This document shows positions 45,234 to 53,762 of a stretch of 64,000 bases of DNA, piece by piece. The stretch spans positions 54,961 to 118,960 of the forward strand of contig DAMBZP010000008.1 in the NCBI GenBank assembly GCA_032059885.1, given 5' to 3'. Origin of the DNA: Sedimentibacter sp. GTDB lineage: Bacteria > Bacillota > Clostridia > Tissierellales > Sedimentibacteraceae. Numbering within the stretch: position 1 is the stretch's first letter; every line of letters begins with the position of its first letter. The notes beneath the pieces are model-generated. The model was not told the origin of the DNA. It saw nothing but the letters and a program-made list of their open reading frames with translations, and did no database searches. The position numbers and the translations under genes are program-made.

Positions 45234-47036
45234 TTATATAAAAGCATTTTCTGCCTTCAATTCAAATTGTTCAACTAATTCCTTCAACATGCTGGACTGA
45301 CCGCTGAGTTCCTCACTGGCTGCAGCACTTTCCTCCGCCGTAGCGGAATTTGATTGAACAACTGATGATATTTGTTCAATCCCCTGTGTTATCTGAATTA
45401 TGGATTGAGATTGTTCATTGGACGCTTCAGAAATCTCATCCACCATTTTCACAGACTGCCTGATATCTTCAACCATTACTTCAATGGAGCGTCTTGTTTC
45501 GTCTGCAATTTTAGTTCCCTTATCCACAGATTTAATGGAGTTTTCAATTAAAAATGCTGTACTTTTAGCTGCTTCTGCACTTTTCGAAGCAAGGTTCCTC
45601 ACTTCATCTGCTACAACAGCAAATCCCTTGCCTGCAGAACCGGCTCTGGCTGCCTCTACAGCCGCATTTAAAGCCAGTATATTTGTCTGGAATGCTATAT
45701 CGTCAATTGCTTTAATTATTTTTGATATTTCATTTGTGGCTTTCTTTATGTCATACATGGCTTCGTTCATCAGTTGAACCTGCTTGCTGTTTTCCTCAAC
45801 ACCTCTTGCAGCATCCTGCGTTATTTTGCTTACATCCTTTGATCTTTCCGCATTTGTTTTAATTTGCTCTGAAATTTCATTTATGGTTGCGGACAGCTCT
45901 TCAATTGAGCTTGCCTGTTCCGTAGTACCCTGGGACAACACCATAGCGCCGCCTGAAACCTGATTTGCTCCGGCTGAAACCTGTTCAGCTGCTTCATTTA
46001 TATCTTTAAGTGTTCTGTTAAATGATGATATTATTTTCTCAACAGAACTTTTTATTGGAGCAAATCCTCCTATAAACTCTATATCTATTGAAGAGGTTAA
46101 GTTCCCTCCGGCCATCTCACTTAATATCCTGTCTATTTCTCCTACATAAAGCTTCAGTGTTACGATTGTGCTGCTTATTGTTCTAGCTGCTACACCTAAT
46201 TCGTCATTTGATGAATAACTTATATTGTAGTCTAGATTACCGCTGCCTATGGCATCTGCCGCATCCGTTATTTCCTTTATAGGCTTTTTCAACCCCCTGA
46301 CAACAGCTGTCACCAATGCTGTTGATACTATAAGGCTCAGTATAAGCATAACTGAAAGAACAATTACCATATTCTCACTTGTTCTATTTGAGTTTTTAAC
46401 AAAGTTTTGAGCAGTAATTTCCAAGTTTCTGCTTATTTCATCAAGTGTCTTATTAATGGAATCCATGGCAGGTGTCAGTTCCTTATCCAGGACACTCAGT
46501 GTCTGCGTATTTTGTCCTTTATCCGAGAATATAAAAAGTACAGAAAGCTTGTCACTTACCCCTGATGCAATTTTGAAATCTGCATCCAGCTGCTCTATGA
46601 CAGTTGGAAATGCACCCAAGTATTTCTTCATCTGCTCTATGGATTCATTGGCAGCTTTGAAATTTCCGGTTATTTCCGTGGTATATTCCTTAACCTCCGG
46701 GCTGCCTGCTGCCACTGCTGATTTATAAATTGATTTTTCAATATTGCTTAACGCAAGCTTCGTCTTCCAGGACAACACTTCAACTTCATAGCACTCATCA
46801 TAAAAACGGTTGACATTTGATGCTATATCGGCAATATTGAAAAGCGCAATTCCCATGGATATGGCGAATATAATCAGGATTGTCGTAAAACATATTATTA
46901 ATCTTGGTGCTATCTTAACATTTGAAATTTTAAACCTTTTTTCTGCGTTGGCAGTTTTAGCTTTTCTTCCCGTTTTTTTTATCTTAAGTTTTTTTTCTTT
47001 AACTTCTGATTTTCTTTTCTTTTTGAAAATTTTCAC
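45234..47036 (-). CDS. methyl-accepting chemotaxis protein with basic N-terminal cytoplasmic tail
   Basis: 600 aa. GTG start with GGAGGA 4 nt upstream. Two TM helices flank a helical sensor region, followed by a HAMP domain. The highly conserved signalling hairpin is present ([48 protein letters not shown]). Confidence 0.93.
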   Translation of the reverse strand: MKIFKKKRKSEVKEKKLKIKKTGRKAKTANAEKRFKISNVKIAPRLIICFTTILIIFAISMGIALFNIADIASNVNRFYDECYEVEVLSWKTKLALSNIEKSIYKSAVAAGSPEVKEYTTEITGNFKAANESIEQMKKYLGAFPTVIEQLDADFKIASGVSDKLSVLFIFSDKGQNTQTLSVLDKELTPAMDSINKTLDEISRNLEITAQNFVKNSNRTSENMVIVLSVMLILSLIVSTALVTAVVRGLKKPIKEITDAADAIGSGNLDYNISYSSNDELGVAARTISSTIVTLKLYVGEIDRILSEMAGGNLTSSIDIEFIGGFAPIKSSVEKIISSFNRTLKDINEAAEQVSAGANQVSGGAMVLSQGTTEQASSIEELSATINEISEQIKTNAERSKDVSKITQDAARGVEENSKQVQLMNEAMYDIKKATNEISKIIKAIDDIAFQTNILALNAAVEAARAGSAGKGFAVVADEVRNLASKSAEAAKSTAFLIENSIKSVDKGTKIADETRRSIEVMVEDIRQSVKMVDEISEASNEQSQSIIQITQGIEQISSVVQSNSATAEESAAASEELSGQSSMLKELVEQFELKAENAFI

Positions 47037-47063
47037 TTTGTCCTCCTATGCTGCTCTGTAGCC

Positions 47064-47558
47064 CTATATTTGTGTAATAAGTCCAAGCTCCTGCTCATTG
47101 AGAATTTTTTTCAAATCCATCAGCAGTACAATATTGTTGTTTACCTTGGCAATTCCTATAATATAAGTATTGACATAGTCATTGCCCATTTGAGGAGGAT
47201 TTGATATGTTGTCCTTGTATATATTTATTACCTCATTTACAGAATCAACAATAAAACCTATATAAGCTCCGTTTATATTGGTAACTATAATACAGGTTCT
47301 TTCGTTATATCCTATTTCTTCCTTTTTAAGTCTTAATCTTACATCAATAATCGGGATTATTGTTCCGCGTAGATTTATTACTCCCTTTGCATATGAAGGG
47401 AATTCGGGAACAGCTGTGATATCCTGCATTCCTACTATTTGTACAACATCTGATATTGAAATTCCAAATAGCTGTTTATCTGTATAAAAGGTAAGGTACT
47501 TGTCCCTTAATGTATCTTCATCCAAATCATTATATAACACATTAATCTTATCCTGCAC
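47064..47558 (-). CDS. cheW: chemotaxis coupling protein CheW
   Basis: GVINLRGTIIPIIDVRLRL and YIGFIVDSVNEVINI motifs. The start is uncertain. The ORF track uses GTG at 47567, which overlaps the GAGGTG RBS, so I favour the GTG at 47558. Confidence 0.85.
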   Translation of the reverse strand: MQDKINVLYNDLDEDTLRDKYLTFYTDKQLFGISISDVVQIVGMQDITAVPEFPSYAKGVINLRGTIIPIIDVRLRLKKEEIGYNERTCIIVTNINGAYIGFIVDSVNEVINIYKDNISNPPQMGNDYVNTYIIGIAKVNNNIVLLMDLKKILNEQELGLITQI

Positions 47559-47591
47559 AAAAATCACCTCATAATATATTTGATATTTATA

Positions 47592-47618
47592 CTATCGGCA
47601 TGTTTGGATAAAATTTTA
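47592..47618 (-). promoter_or_regulatory. sigma-28 (SigD/FliA)-type promoter upstream of cheW-mcp-cheW-flgM...
   Basis: Minus strand reads TAAA-N15-GCCGATAG, about 34 nt upstream of the cheW start. This is a near-perfect match to TAAA-N15-GCCGATAT. Confidence 0.65.
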
Positions 47619-47638
47619 GTAAATTATTAAATTAAATA

Positions 47639-48094
47639 TCAGTGCCTTGGATTTTTCCTGACAATGAGGACCGCTTTAATAACTTCTGTTGTTGCCTCTT
47701 TTCCCATTTCCTTTAATTCATGAATCTTTTCTTTCACTTCATCATCCGTTGCAACTATGTACATCGGCTTAAGATTGTTCATTGCAATAGCTGTTATGTC
47801 CATCCTGCAGCGCTGGCACTTGCAGCAGTTCACCTTTTTAAGCGTAACATCAAGCTTGCTGAGAACAAGCTTTTCAGTTATATTATACAATGATGACTCA
47901 ATCTTATTGTTCTGAATTATGTTTGATTCCCTGTCCTGAAATACCGGTGCTTCTTTTGAGAAATTATTACCGCTGGCATTTACAGCGGATTCGTTTGTTC
48001 CGCTTCTCGCTTCTTCAGTTTCTTTTTTTAAGCTTGCTGGCATTATTTTTTGATACATTAATTCTCTGTCAAATGTCTTTTTTATCTTTGCCAT
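47639..48094 (-). CDS. ComFB-domain protein with basic/disordered N-terminal extension
   Basis: C-terminal NITEKLVLSKLDVTLKKVNCCKCQRCRMDITAIAMNNLKPMYIVAT matches the ComFB signature. ATG at 48094 lies 1 nt after the ParA-like stop, with AGAGGG upstream. The ORF-track TTG at 48112 is the alternative. Confidence 0.75.
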   Translation of the reverse strand: MAKIKKTFDRELMYQKIMPASLKKETEEARSGTNESAVNASGNNFSKEAPVFQDRESNIIQNNKIESSLYNITEKLVLSKLDVTLKKVNCCKCQRCRMDITAIAMNNLKPMYIVATDDEVKEKIHELKEMGKEATTEVIKAVLIVRKNPRH

Positions 48095-48095
48095 T

Positions 48096-48857
48096 TTACA
48101 GCCCTCTTTCAATAAATTCTTCGACTAAGCTCATATAATCCTGCATTGCCGCATTTTTAGGAGAATAGCTGTAAATATCCTGCTGATTTGTTTGTGCCTC
48201 CATAACAGCTACACTTGACCGTATTGTTGAATTAAATATTCTTGTATCGAGCTGGTCAGCTATTAATTCCGCAGTACCTTTGATTTCCCTGCCTAAAACA
48301 GTTCTCTTATTGTACTTGGTAAGCACTATTCCCTCAACCTTCAAATAAGGATTGCAGTATTTTTTTACCCTGTCAATGGTTTCGGAAAGCTGTGCGATTC
48401 CCTGCAGGCTGAATATGTCGGCAAGCATTGGAATAACTATATGGCCGGAAGCTGTAAATGCATTGACTGTCAATATGCTCAGAGCCGGAGGCGTATCAAT
48501 AAATATGTAATCATATTTGTCCATAACAGGCGTCAATGCTTCCTTAAGCAAAAATTCCCTTCCTGTCTGTGTAAACTCCAGTTCTATACCGCTTAATAAA
48601 ATATTGGACGCAATAATATCAAATGAAGGCATTTTTTGAATTGAAAATGCAGTTTCAGCCTCTCCCTTTAATATTTCATAAATTGTTGGACAATCTTCTG
48701 TTTCAGCTCCCGAGCTGAAGCTTAAATTTGACTGCGGGTCCAGGTCTATGCATAAAACCCTGTATCCCTTTAATTTATAGCCCGCCGCAACTGCACTTGT
48801 GGTAGTGGTCTTGCCTACACCGCCCTTTTGATTTGATATGGAAATTACTTTAGCCAT
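48096..48857 (-). CDS. orphan ParA/Soj-family ATPase
   Basis: 253 aa. Deviant Walker A ISNQKGGVGKTTT, LDPQSN, and Walker B YIFIDTPPAL. No ParB-like gene is adjacent. Confidence 0.9.
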   Translation of the reverse strand: MAKVISISNQKGGVGKTTTTSAVAAGYKLKGYRVLCIDLDPQSNLSFSSGAETEDCPTIYEILKGEAETAFSIQKMPSFDIIASNILLSGIELEFTQTGREFLLKEALTPVMDKYDYIFIDTPPALSILTVNAFTASGHIVIPMLADIFSLQGIAQLSETIDRVKKYCNPYLKVEGIVLTKYNKRTVLGREIKGTAELIADQLDTRIFNSTIRSSVAVMEAQTNQQDIYSYSPKNAAMQDYMSLVEEFIERGL

Positions 48858-48900
48858 TTATTAGAACTCCTTAAAATACATTTTTCGACAATTTTATTTG

Positions 48901-48929
48901 ATTGTAACAAAAAAGTTTTATTTTAACAA
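48901..48929 (-). promoter_or_regulatory. sigma-A-type promoter upstream of the ParA-like gene
   Basis: Minus strand reads TTGTTA-N17-TACAAT, about 45 nt upstream of the ATG. Confidence 0.55.
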
Positions 48930-48933
48930 TATA

Positions 48934-48969
48934 AAAAGATTAAAAATCTTTATGAATTTTTAATCTTTT
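48934..48969 (-). terminator. stem-loop overlapping the yqeB stop; likely terminator of the purine island operon
   Basis: AAAAGAUUAAAAAU-(8 nt)-AUUUUUAAUCUUUU, a perfect 14 bp stem followed by a U/A-rich tail. Confidence 0.5.
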
Positions 48970-49759
48970 CCATCTCTATTAGTACTGCTTCCAATACAGC
49001 ACCGCCAATTGCCCGCGCTTTATCTGAAATTGTGTAACAATTCTTCAACTGATCAATCCGAGGATCGATATCGCCTATTTTAAAACCCTTTGTAACATAG
49101 GTTCCTTCTCTTATTAACCCTCTTACTAATCCATCAATTTCGGAATTGATAATCTGCCCGTCTACATGGGCGATTACGTCACCGCTTTTCACCGTATCTC
49201 CGATACTGTGCTCCAATGTAATTGTCCCATTACACGGGGATCTTAAAACCCTTTCTGTGGTATATCCTCCTATATTTCCCGGCATACCGGTATTTGACTC
49301 TGCAGAACCTTCAAATATCAGTCTCCCTAAATTATGCCCCCTGTTGCTTTCAATCACTACATCACAGTCTCTGCCTGCCGTAAATCCGGGCCCGACACAT
49401 ACCGTAACCGGGGCAATGTTCTTGTGCATTCCTGTATTTCTTTTCGCTATAATTGCATCCACAACTGCAGCAGGTTTGAATTTTTCTATATATTCTCCCC
49501 TTGGATCAACTATGACAGGAACATAATCATCAGCCCACGCGTGATATATTTCAACAATATTTTTTACCAAAACCGAAGTTATTCCTTCAAGCTCCATTTT
49601 TCCTTCATATACAGCTTCCGAAAAGCATACAGTTCTTCTTATAGATGTTGGGTTTTCAATTTCCAGTACAAGTACCCTGAAGCCGGTTCTGTGAAGCTTT
49701 TGTATTACACCTGATGCAATATCTCCGCCTCCTCTGACTATTACAGCTTCCCCTTTCAC
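48950..49759 (-). CDS. yqeB: selenium-dependent molybdenum hydroxylase system protein, YqeB family
   Basis: 269 aa. VIVRGGGDIASGVIQKLHRTGFRVLVLE N-terminus. Clustered with yqeC and ygfJ, as in the E. coli ygeW-xdhD region. Confidence 0.75.
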   Translation of the reverse strand: MKGEAVIVRGGGDIASGVIQKLHRTGFRVLVLEIENPTSIRRTVCFSEAVYEGKMELEGITSVLVKNIVEIYHAWADDYVPVIVDPRGEYIEKFKPAAVVDAIIAKRNTGMHKNIAPVTVCVGPGFTAGRDCDVVIESNRGHNLGRLIFEGSAESNTGMPGNIGGYTTERVLRSPCNGTITLEHSIGDTVKSGDVIAHVDGQIINSEIDGLVRGLIREGTYVTKGFKIGDIDPRIDQLKNCYTISDKARAIGGAVLEAVLIEMEKIKNS

Positions 49760-50346
49760 CTGTTCACCTTCTTTAAAGCTATGTCATAATCCTCCGCAGT
49801 ATCTATGTCCATAAGCTCATCCTCAGACTGTATCTGCACATTAATAACTTTATCCATGTTTTCTTTCATTACTGCCTTGCCTCCCGTATCTCCTTCTAAT
49901 TTCAACAGCTGTTCCTTGAACACTTCGGAAAAAATAACAGGATTTCCGGCAATGGTATCATTACATGCCCTCACAATGTTGTGTGGACTTTTTTCAAATA
50001 CATTTAACATTTTTATAATTGTACCTTCTTTTATAAAGGGCTGGTCGGCAACAAAAAACATGTATCCATCAGATTCTTTAGAATTTTTAATCCCAAGTTT
50101 TACGGAAGCACTTTGACCAAAATGTGACATTTCATTTCTCACAGTCTTAAACCCTCTGCCGCAAGCTGATTTTAGAATTTCATCATCCTTTGCAACAACA
50201 ATGATTTCATTGAAACAACCGCTGCAGTTTTCAATTGTTTCAAATATGTATTCATATAAATATTTTTCTTTAATTTTCATTTGAAGCTTATTTTGATTCA
50301 TCCTCTTTGATAATCCCGAAGCCATTATTATTGCGCTAACATTCAT
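49756..50346 (-). CDS. ygfJ: molybdenum cofactor nucleotidyltransferase, YgfJ/MocA family
   Basis: MNVSAIIMASGLSKRMNQNKL is the MobA/MocA-type N-terminal NTP-binding motif. ATG at 50346 overlaps the yqeC end (ATGAATGTTAG). The ORF track extends to 50373. Confidence 0.8.
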   Translation of the reverse strand: MNVSAIIMASGLSKRMNQNKLQMKIKEKYLYEYIFETIENCSGCFNEIIVVAKDDEILKSACGRGFKTVRNEMSHFGQSASVKLGIKNSKESDGYMFFVADQPFIKEGTIIKMLNVFEKSPHNIVRACNDTIAGNPVIFSEVFKEQLLKLEGDTGGKAVMKENMDKVINVQIQSEDELMDIDTAEDYDIALKKVNR

Positions 50347-51076
50347 AATACACCTCTTTTTCCAAAGAGCCAAAAGAAATTTTAAAATTAAATGGTTTAT
50401 TTACTGACAATTCCTTAAGATATATTGACAATTCCTTGGAAATCAAAATTTCTTCATCTGTATCAGCCTTGTTTAGAAACAAATATAAGCTTCCCTTCGA
50501 ATTCTTGAATATTCCGTTTTTATCAGAGCATATTTTTTTTATTGCTTCAAAATCAATATATTCACTTGTGTCTGTCAATATGTTAAATTCATCAAATCCA
50601 TAAATAAACGACATGTCTGCCTTTTTGTTTATTAAATTTACAGGTATAATCCCCACTGTCTTATTCGTTTTTTTTAACACGGGAGGCTCGTGACTTTTCC
50701 AGCCTTTAATGGGAAGGTTGCGAGAACCGTCGGCTTCTATAAGTATCACATCAAAATCGTTTATCAAAACTTCCAGGTCATTATCGTCTATACCAATTAG
50801 TTTTTTTGATTCCTTATCTATGCTTTTTGAGATAACTGTTATAGTATTTTTTTTGCTTGCGCTTCGATTCCCAACATAACTTTCTATATCTGTATATAAA
50901 TAATCATATTCCTCCGTTGAAGGCTCCGCTATCTTGGTGCTTGTGCTCACCAGTACACTGTATTCATCTTTTAAACACTCAGCCAGCCGAAAAAGCATTG
51001 TTGTTTTGCCTCCGCTGCCTACAATTGATACAATACTGCCCTTTTTTATATTAAATAATTCAGTTATTTTTTTCAT
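50336..51076 (-). CDS. yqeC: selenium-dependent hydroxylase accessory protein YqeC
   Basis: 246 aa. P-loop IVSIVGSGGKTTMLFRLA and EADGSR motifs. Confidence 0.8.
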   Translation of the reverse strand: MKKITELFNIKKGSIVSIVGSGGKTTMLFRLAECLKDEYSVLVSTSTKIAEPSTEEYDYLYTDIESYVGNRSASKKNTITVISKSIDKESKKLIGIDDNDLEVLINDFDVILIEADGSRNLPIKGWKSHEPPVLKKTNKTVGIIPVNLINKKADMSFIYGFDEFNILTDTSEYIDFEAIKKICSDKNGIFKNSKGSLYLFLNKADTDEEILISKELSIYLKELSVNKPFNFKISFGSLEKEVYYEC

Positions 51077-51100
51077 ACAATCACCAAAGCTTCATATTAT

Positions 51101-51141
51101 CAGGCATAAATATCATCCATGAAGATTGATATTTATGCCTG
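51101..51141 (-). other. perfect 15-bp intercistronic stem-loop between xdhD-like and yqeC
   Basis: CAGGCATAAATATCA-(11 nt)-TGATATTTATGCCTG. No U-tract follows it on the minus strand. Confidence 0.6.
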
Positions 51142-51154
51142 TTATTACTGCCGC

Positions 51155-53761
51155 CTATTTTTTGTAAGCTGTATTTTCCAGAGGCAATTTATATCTGAAT
51201 CTGCCATCTTTTTTATAATAAGCATTTTGCAATGCAGGAGCTCCGGGAATAACAACAATTTCTCCAAGCCCTTTAGCACCGAAGGCAACGCCATTGCGTT
51301 CATTCTTTTCTATTAGATGAACCTCCACAGGAGGCATTTGTGTGGACCTGAATAACCCCAGTGTACCAAATTTAACCTGCGGCACACCATCCTTAAGCGG
51401 AAAATCTTCTGTAAGTCCATATCCAAGAGCCATAGCCACCCCGCCTTCAATCTGCCCTCTTGCGGATACAGGGTTAATTGCCCTTCCCACATCATGGGCA
51501 GCTACAACCTTTACAAGCTTGCCTTCCTTGTCAATTATAACAAGCTGAGTTGCATAGCCATAAGCAATGTGGCTTACAGGATTTGGTTTTGGTGAACCTA
51601 GTGGATCTGTTTTAAAATCAAATTCACCCTTATATAATTTCCCTTCCAATTCCTCCAGAGTCTTACCGCTGTCCAAATCATCCTTTAGCTCAAGTGAAGC
51701 CACATGCGCCGCTTCACCTGTAAATACGGTCTGCCTTGATGCTGTGGTAGTTCCGGCGTTGGGAGAATACTTTGTATCGGGATGCTCCACAATTACCTTA
51801 TCTCTCGGCAATCCTGTTGTTTCGCATACAACCTGAAATATAACCGTCTGTACTCCCTGGCCTATTGCCCCGGCAGATGAACGTGCATGAACCTTGCCTC
51901 CGGTAACATACAGATTACAGCGTCCGGGGTCAGGTACGGCAACACCAAGTCCGGCATTTTTCATAGCTGAAGCAATACCCACATAATAATCGGAGTCATT
52001 TTCATATTTATCAAAGGTATCCTTCAATACTTCCAATGTTTCTGCCATTCCTGTTCCCTCGTCTGCAATCTGACCGTTAGGAAGTGACTGACCTGGTCTG
52101 ATAGCATTTTTGTATCTTATTTCCCATCCGTTCATACCCATTTCCTCAGCAAGCTGATTAATCAGGCATTCAATAACAAATGCTGATTGGGTAACTCCAA
52201 ATCCTCTGAATGCTCCTGCAGGAGGATTGTTTGTATAATAAGCGTTTCCTTCTATATCAACATTCTGATAGTTGTAAGGTCCTCCGGCATGTGTACATGC
52301 TCTCTGAAGAACAGGCCCTCCAAGAGAACCATATGCTCCGGTATCAGCGGTAAGCCTTGCCTGCATGCCTTGAAGAATACCATTTTCATCACAGCCTATT
52401 TTACAATAAATTTTCATTGCATGCCTCTTCGGATGATAGTTAATGCTCTCCTGCCTGCTGAAGTTTACCTTTACCGGACGTTTCAGAAGATATGCGCAAA
52501 GTGCAGCCTGGTGCTGGACGCTCATATCCTCCTTGCCTCCGAAACCGCCTCCCACAACTGCGCTTCTTATTCTTACCTTTTCCTTCGGTATTCCAAGATA
52601 AAGAGCCAATTCCTCATATTCGTCATATATGCCCTGTCCTCCTGTAATGACCGTCACACCGTCTCCATCAGGCACACCAACCGCAGTTTCGGGCTCCAGG
52701 AATGCATGTTCTGTAGGTGGAACTTCAAATGTTCCTTCCACCACATATTTTGAATTTTGCAACGCTTTTTCGGCATCTCCCCTTTTTACTTCCTGATGTG
52801 AAAATAAATTGTTTTGGGGAACGGTATGCTTTCCGAACTGCATGAATCCTTCTTCGTGGATTTGATGCGCACCGGGTGCCGCCGCCTGGTCAGTGGTAAC
52901 TATGGGCTCTAATTCTTCATATTCAACTTTAACAGCTTTCACAGCGGCTTCAGCCTGTTCCCTGCTTTCAGCCACAACCATTGCAACCGTATCACCTATA
53001 CACTTGGTCTGTTCTCCTATATCAATCATACCAGGCCAGTCATGTGCCAAATGACCTATATATCTTTCCCCCGGGATGTCCTTAGCTGTAAATACGGCAA
53101 CGACTCCAGGCATCTTTACGGCTTCTGATACATCAATTGATAAAACCAATGCGCGTGCGTAACGGCTGAATACATTTTTACCGTGAAGCATTCCTTCAAA
53201 TTTATAGTCATCAGCATATTTTGCTATTCCCAATGCCTTATCTCTGGCATCAATTCTCAGAATTTCCTGACCTATCCTAACATTTGCTTCTTCTTCAGGA
53301 ATTACATCCTTTTCTCTGAATATTTTAGCTGCAAGCAAAATAGCTTCTTCTATTTTTGCATAACCCGTACATCTGCAAATATTTCCTCTTATTGCTTTTT
53401 TAACATCATCACGAGAAGGATCATTGTTTTGATCAATGAGTGCTTTAGCGCTGATTACCATACCAGGTATGCAAAATCCGCACTGCACAGCTCCGGCTTT
53501 GGCAAATGCATAGCTGTAAACCTCTTTTTCCCTGTCAGACATCCCTTCTACCGTTACTATGCTTTTTTCTGCAAACCTGGATACCTTCATTACGCATGAC
53601 TTAACAACCTTTCCGTCCGCAAGCACAGAACATGCTCCGCAAGCCCCCTCATTGCAGCCATTTTTTACGGCTGTCAAATTTAAATCATCTCTTAAAAAAT
53701 CCATAAGACTTTTATCTTGTTCTGTTTCATAAACCTTTCCGTTTACAATTAAAGAATACAT
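51155..53761 (-). CDS. xdhD: molybdenum hydroxylase, fused [2Fe-2S] and molybdopterin subunits (XdhD-like, selenium-dependent family candidate)
   Basis: 868 aa. N-terminal CNEGACGACSV and GFCIPGMV...CRCTGY 2Fe-2S motifs are followed by aldehyde oxidase/xanthine dehydrogenase Mo-binding domains (GGGFGGKE, AFRGFG). Confidence 0.9.
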   Translation of the reverse strand: MYSLIVNGKVYETEQDKSLMDFLRDDLNLTAVKNGCNEGACGACSVLADGKVVKSCVMKVSRFAEKSIVTVEGMSDREKEVYSYAFAKAGAVQCGFCIPGMVISAKALIDQNNDPSRDDVKKAIRGNICRCTGYAKIEEAILLAAKIFREKDVIPEEEANVRIGQEILRIDARDKALGIAKYADDYKFEGMLHGKNVFSRYARALVLSIDVSEAVKMPGVVAVFTAKDIPGERYIGHLAHDWPGMIDIGEQTKCIGDTVAMVVAESREQAEAAVKAVKVEYEELEPIVTTDQAAAPGAHQIHEEGFMQFGKHTVPQNNLFSHQEVKRGDAEKALQNSKYVVEGTFEVPPTEHAFLEPETAVGVPDGDGVTVITGGQGIYDEYEELALYLGIPKEKVRIRSAVVGGGFGGKEDMSVQHQAALCAYLLKRPVKVNFSRQESINYHPKRHAMKIYCKIGCDENGILQGMQARLTADTGAYGSLGGPVLQRACTHAGGPYNYQNVDIEGNAYYTNNPPAGAFRGFGVTQSAFVIECLINQLAEEMGMNGWEIRYKNAIRPGQSLPNGQIADEGTGMAETLEVLKDTFDKYENDSDYYVGIASAMKNAGLGVAVPDPGRCNLYVTGGKVHARSSAGAIGQGVQTVIFQVVCETTGLPRDKVIVEHPDTKYSPNAGTTTASRQTVFTGEAAHVASLELKDDLDSGKTLEELEGKLYKGEFDFKTDPLGSPKPNPVSHIAYGYATQLVIIDKEGKLVKVVAAHDVGRAINPVSARGQIEGGVAMALGYGLTEDFPLKDGVPQVKFGTLGLFRSTQMPPVEVHLIEKNERNGVAFGAKGLGEIVVIPGAPALQNAYYKKDGRFRYKLPLENTAYKK

Positions 53762-53762
53762 A

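Noticed and set aside
48096-48857. Reading the ParA-like ATPase as the missing FlhG (YlxH/FleN).
   Set aside because: Its motifs (LDPQSN, Soj-like C-terminus without an obvious amphipathic MinD/FlhG-type membrane helix) and its location away from flhA-fliA fit an orphan ParA better. An alignment or phylogeny is needed to settle this.
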